In this document: positions 62,889 to 64,000 of the stretch, piece by piece
How positions within the stretch are numbered: the first letter of the stretch is position 1
Layout of the letters: each line of letters opens with the position of its first letter
NCBI GenBank assembly: GCA_051439605.1
Contig: JBFRWN010000065.1
Location: 19,833-83,832 of the forward strand
Source: Synechococcus sp.
GTDB lineage: Bacteria; Cyanobacteriota; Cyanobacteriia; Thermostichales; PCC-7336
Direction: 5' to 3'
Length of the DNA: 64,000 nt
Notes under the pieces: model-generated
What the model was told of the DNA's origin: nothing
The model's database searches: none
What the model saw: the letters and a program-made list of their open reading frames with translations, nothing else
Position numbers and translations under genes: made by a program

Positions 62889-63413
62889 ATGCTCAATAGC
62901 GCTTTCGAACGCTGGGTAGAGGCGGCCAGCACCCTGTCCTCTCCAGCCGACTGGTTCACGTCAGCAGCGTGGTTGCTGCTGTACGGTGCCATTGTCATCC
63001 CAGTGGGGTTATGGAAAAAGCTTCTGACCTGGGAGCCCGTAATTCAATGGCAAGTGGTGGTGTCCGCAGGGGCGATCGCCTTTTTTGTCCCCTCACTGCT
63101 GGAAGAGTCCATCTTTCGCATTCTGTTACTACCCAGCCCGGCCACAACACCGGCCACCTTCCAGCTATTGGCCTGGGGTAGTTTGAGTCTGGTTCTCTTC
63201 ATTGCCGCTCATCCCATCAATGCTCTCTTGTACTTAAAAGCGGCCCGACCCACGTTCTTCGATCCGCTGTTTTTATCGTTTGCTGGGTTGCTCGGATTGG
63301 TTTGCAGTTGGGTTTACTGGCACAGTGGTTCGCTGTGGGTGCCAACGGTGCTGCACTGGGTGGTGGTAATCATTTGGCTGCTGCTGCTGGGGGGATTGCG
63401 GCGCACATCATAG
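62889..63413 (+). CDS. CPBP/Abi (CAAX) intramembrane glutamic endopeptidase
   Basis: EESIFR, FIAAH, SLW....HW. Confidence 0.85.
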   Translation: MLNSAFERWVEAASTLSSPADWFTSAAWLLLYGAIVIPVGLWKKLLTWEPVIQWQVVVSAGAIAFFVPSLLEESIFRILLLPSPATTPATFQLLAWGSLSLVLFIAAHPINALLYLKAARPTFFDPLFLSFAGLLGLVCSWVYWHSGSLWVPTVLHWVVVIIWLLLLGGLRRTS

Positions 63414-63904
63414 GCAAACGCCTCGCGAACGCGAGCGCACCTCTGGACTCTCGACCCAGGCGGTGGGTTTAGGCTATTGCCAGACTGTTTTGAAAGGCTG
63501 TGTCGTGGCGATGACTTGCTTTGAAGGCAACTGGATCCTCTACCCTCAGCGGTCAGCATCCATGACTTGCGCCACAGCTAGCTCGTTCTTTCCCTCTAGC
63601 ACTCCTCTGGGTTGCTCTCGCAATTCTGCTCGCAGAGCCGCCAGCCCGCAGATCGCTCCGAGCCCTGCCACAAGTCCCAATAATTGCAGTGACACCCCAA
63701 TGAAGGAATGTCCAAAAGGTTGTTTGGAGCGACCAGTAGAATCCATAAAGCAACCTCATACACTCGTACGTAGTTTGCCCGTAATTCTGGTTAGGTATAC
63801 AGTCTTGGCTCAGTAATTTCTCGTAAGCTGATTTTTGGATCTGTAATGCGTGGCAGAGATTTTTACGCAAAGTGAGATCTCGCACCGTATCTTTTCAGGA
63901 CAGC

Positions 63905-63995
63905 TATAGCGAATCAAGTTTCTGAAGGGATTTCAGCGACTCAGAACCCAGGTTCTGCAAAGATCTTCTTGTCCTCACCGAGATCTCATGCGCTA
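63905..63995 (-). repeat. MITE-like dispersed repeat, copy E
   Basis: TATAGCGAATCAAGT ... GTCCTCACCGAGATCTCA, colinear with copy B (GTCCTCACTAAAATGTCA). Confidence 0.6.
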
Positions 63996-64000
63996 CTGCG

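Larger units (their letters stand above)
1..64000. repeat. HIP1 octamer GCGATCGC dispersed throughout
   Basis: Dozens of occurrences in genes and intergenic regions; typical of cyanobacteria. Confidence 0.9.

Noticed and set aside
63463..63885. Three overlapping short ORFs near the window end
   Set aside because: No family recognised and they overlap each other; 63546-63746(-) could be real but is unsupported.

Overview
This is a 64-kb stretch of cyanobacterial chromosome: the HIP1 octamer GCGATCGC is very frequent and petB/petD, psbM, ctpA, ycf34 and ferredoxin genes are present. Several features suggest an early-branching unicellular Synechococcus-like lineage (inference). The window is mostly core and housekeeping genes: hemF, leuS, leuB, dnaK-dnaJ, gap, pgl, eda, sigG with its anti-sigma, a CrtL-type lycopene cyclase, VKOR-Trx, two ABC importers, tandem CPA2 antiporters and an alpha-2-macroglobulin. 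I found no rRNA, tRNA, CRISPR array or intact transposase. The most notable non-genic signals are: (1) a cluster of TTTTCCACA DnaA boxes arranged in opposite orientations around an AT-rich core at ~11.55-11.90 kb, with no dnaA/dnaN in the window, directly upstream of a small predicted ribbon-helix-helix DUF2811 protein; (2) a ~90-97 bp TA-flanked MITE-like repeat family with 6 recognisable and 2 possible intergenic copies; (3) an NtcA-type promoter in front of a PotABCD-like importer and a near-perfect NtcA palindrome at 53.15 kb; (4) a likely CTG start for crtL, a CLEP (non-thioester) macroglobulin, and a psbM gene missing from the ORF track. Gene calls are from motif and family recognition by eye, not database searches.
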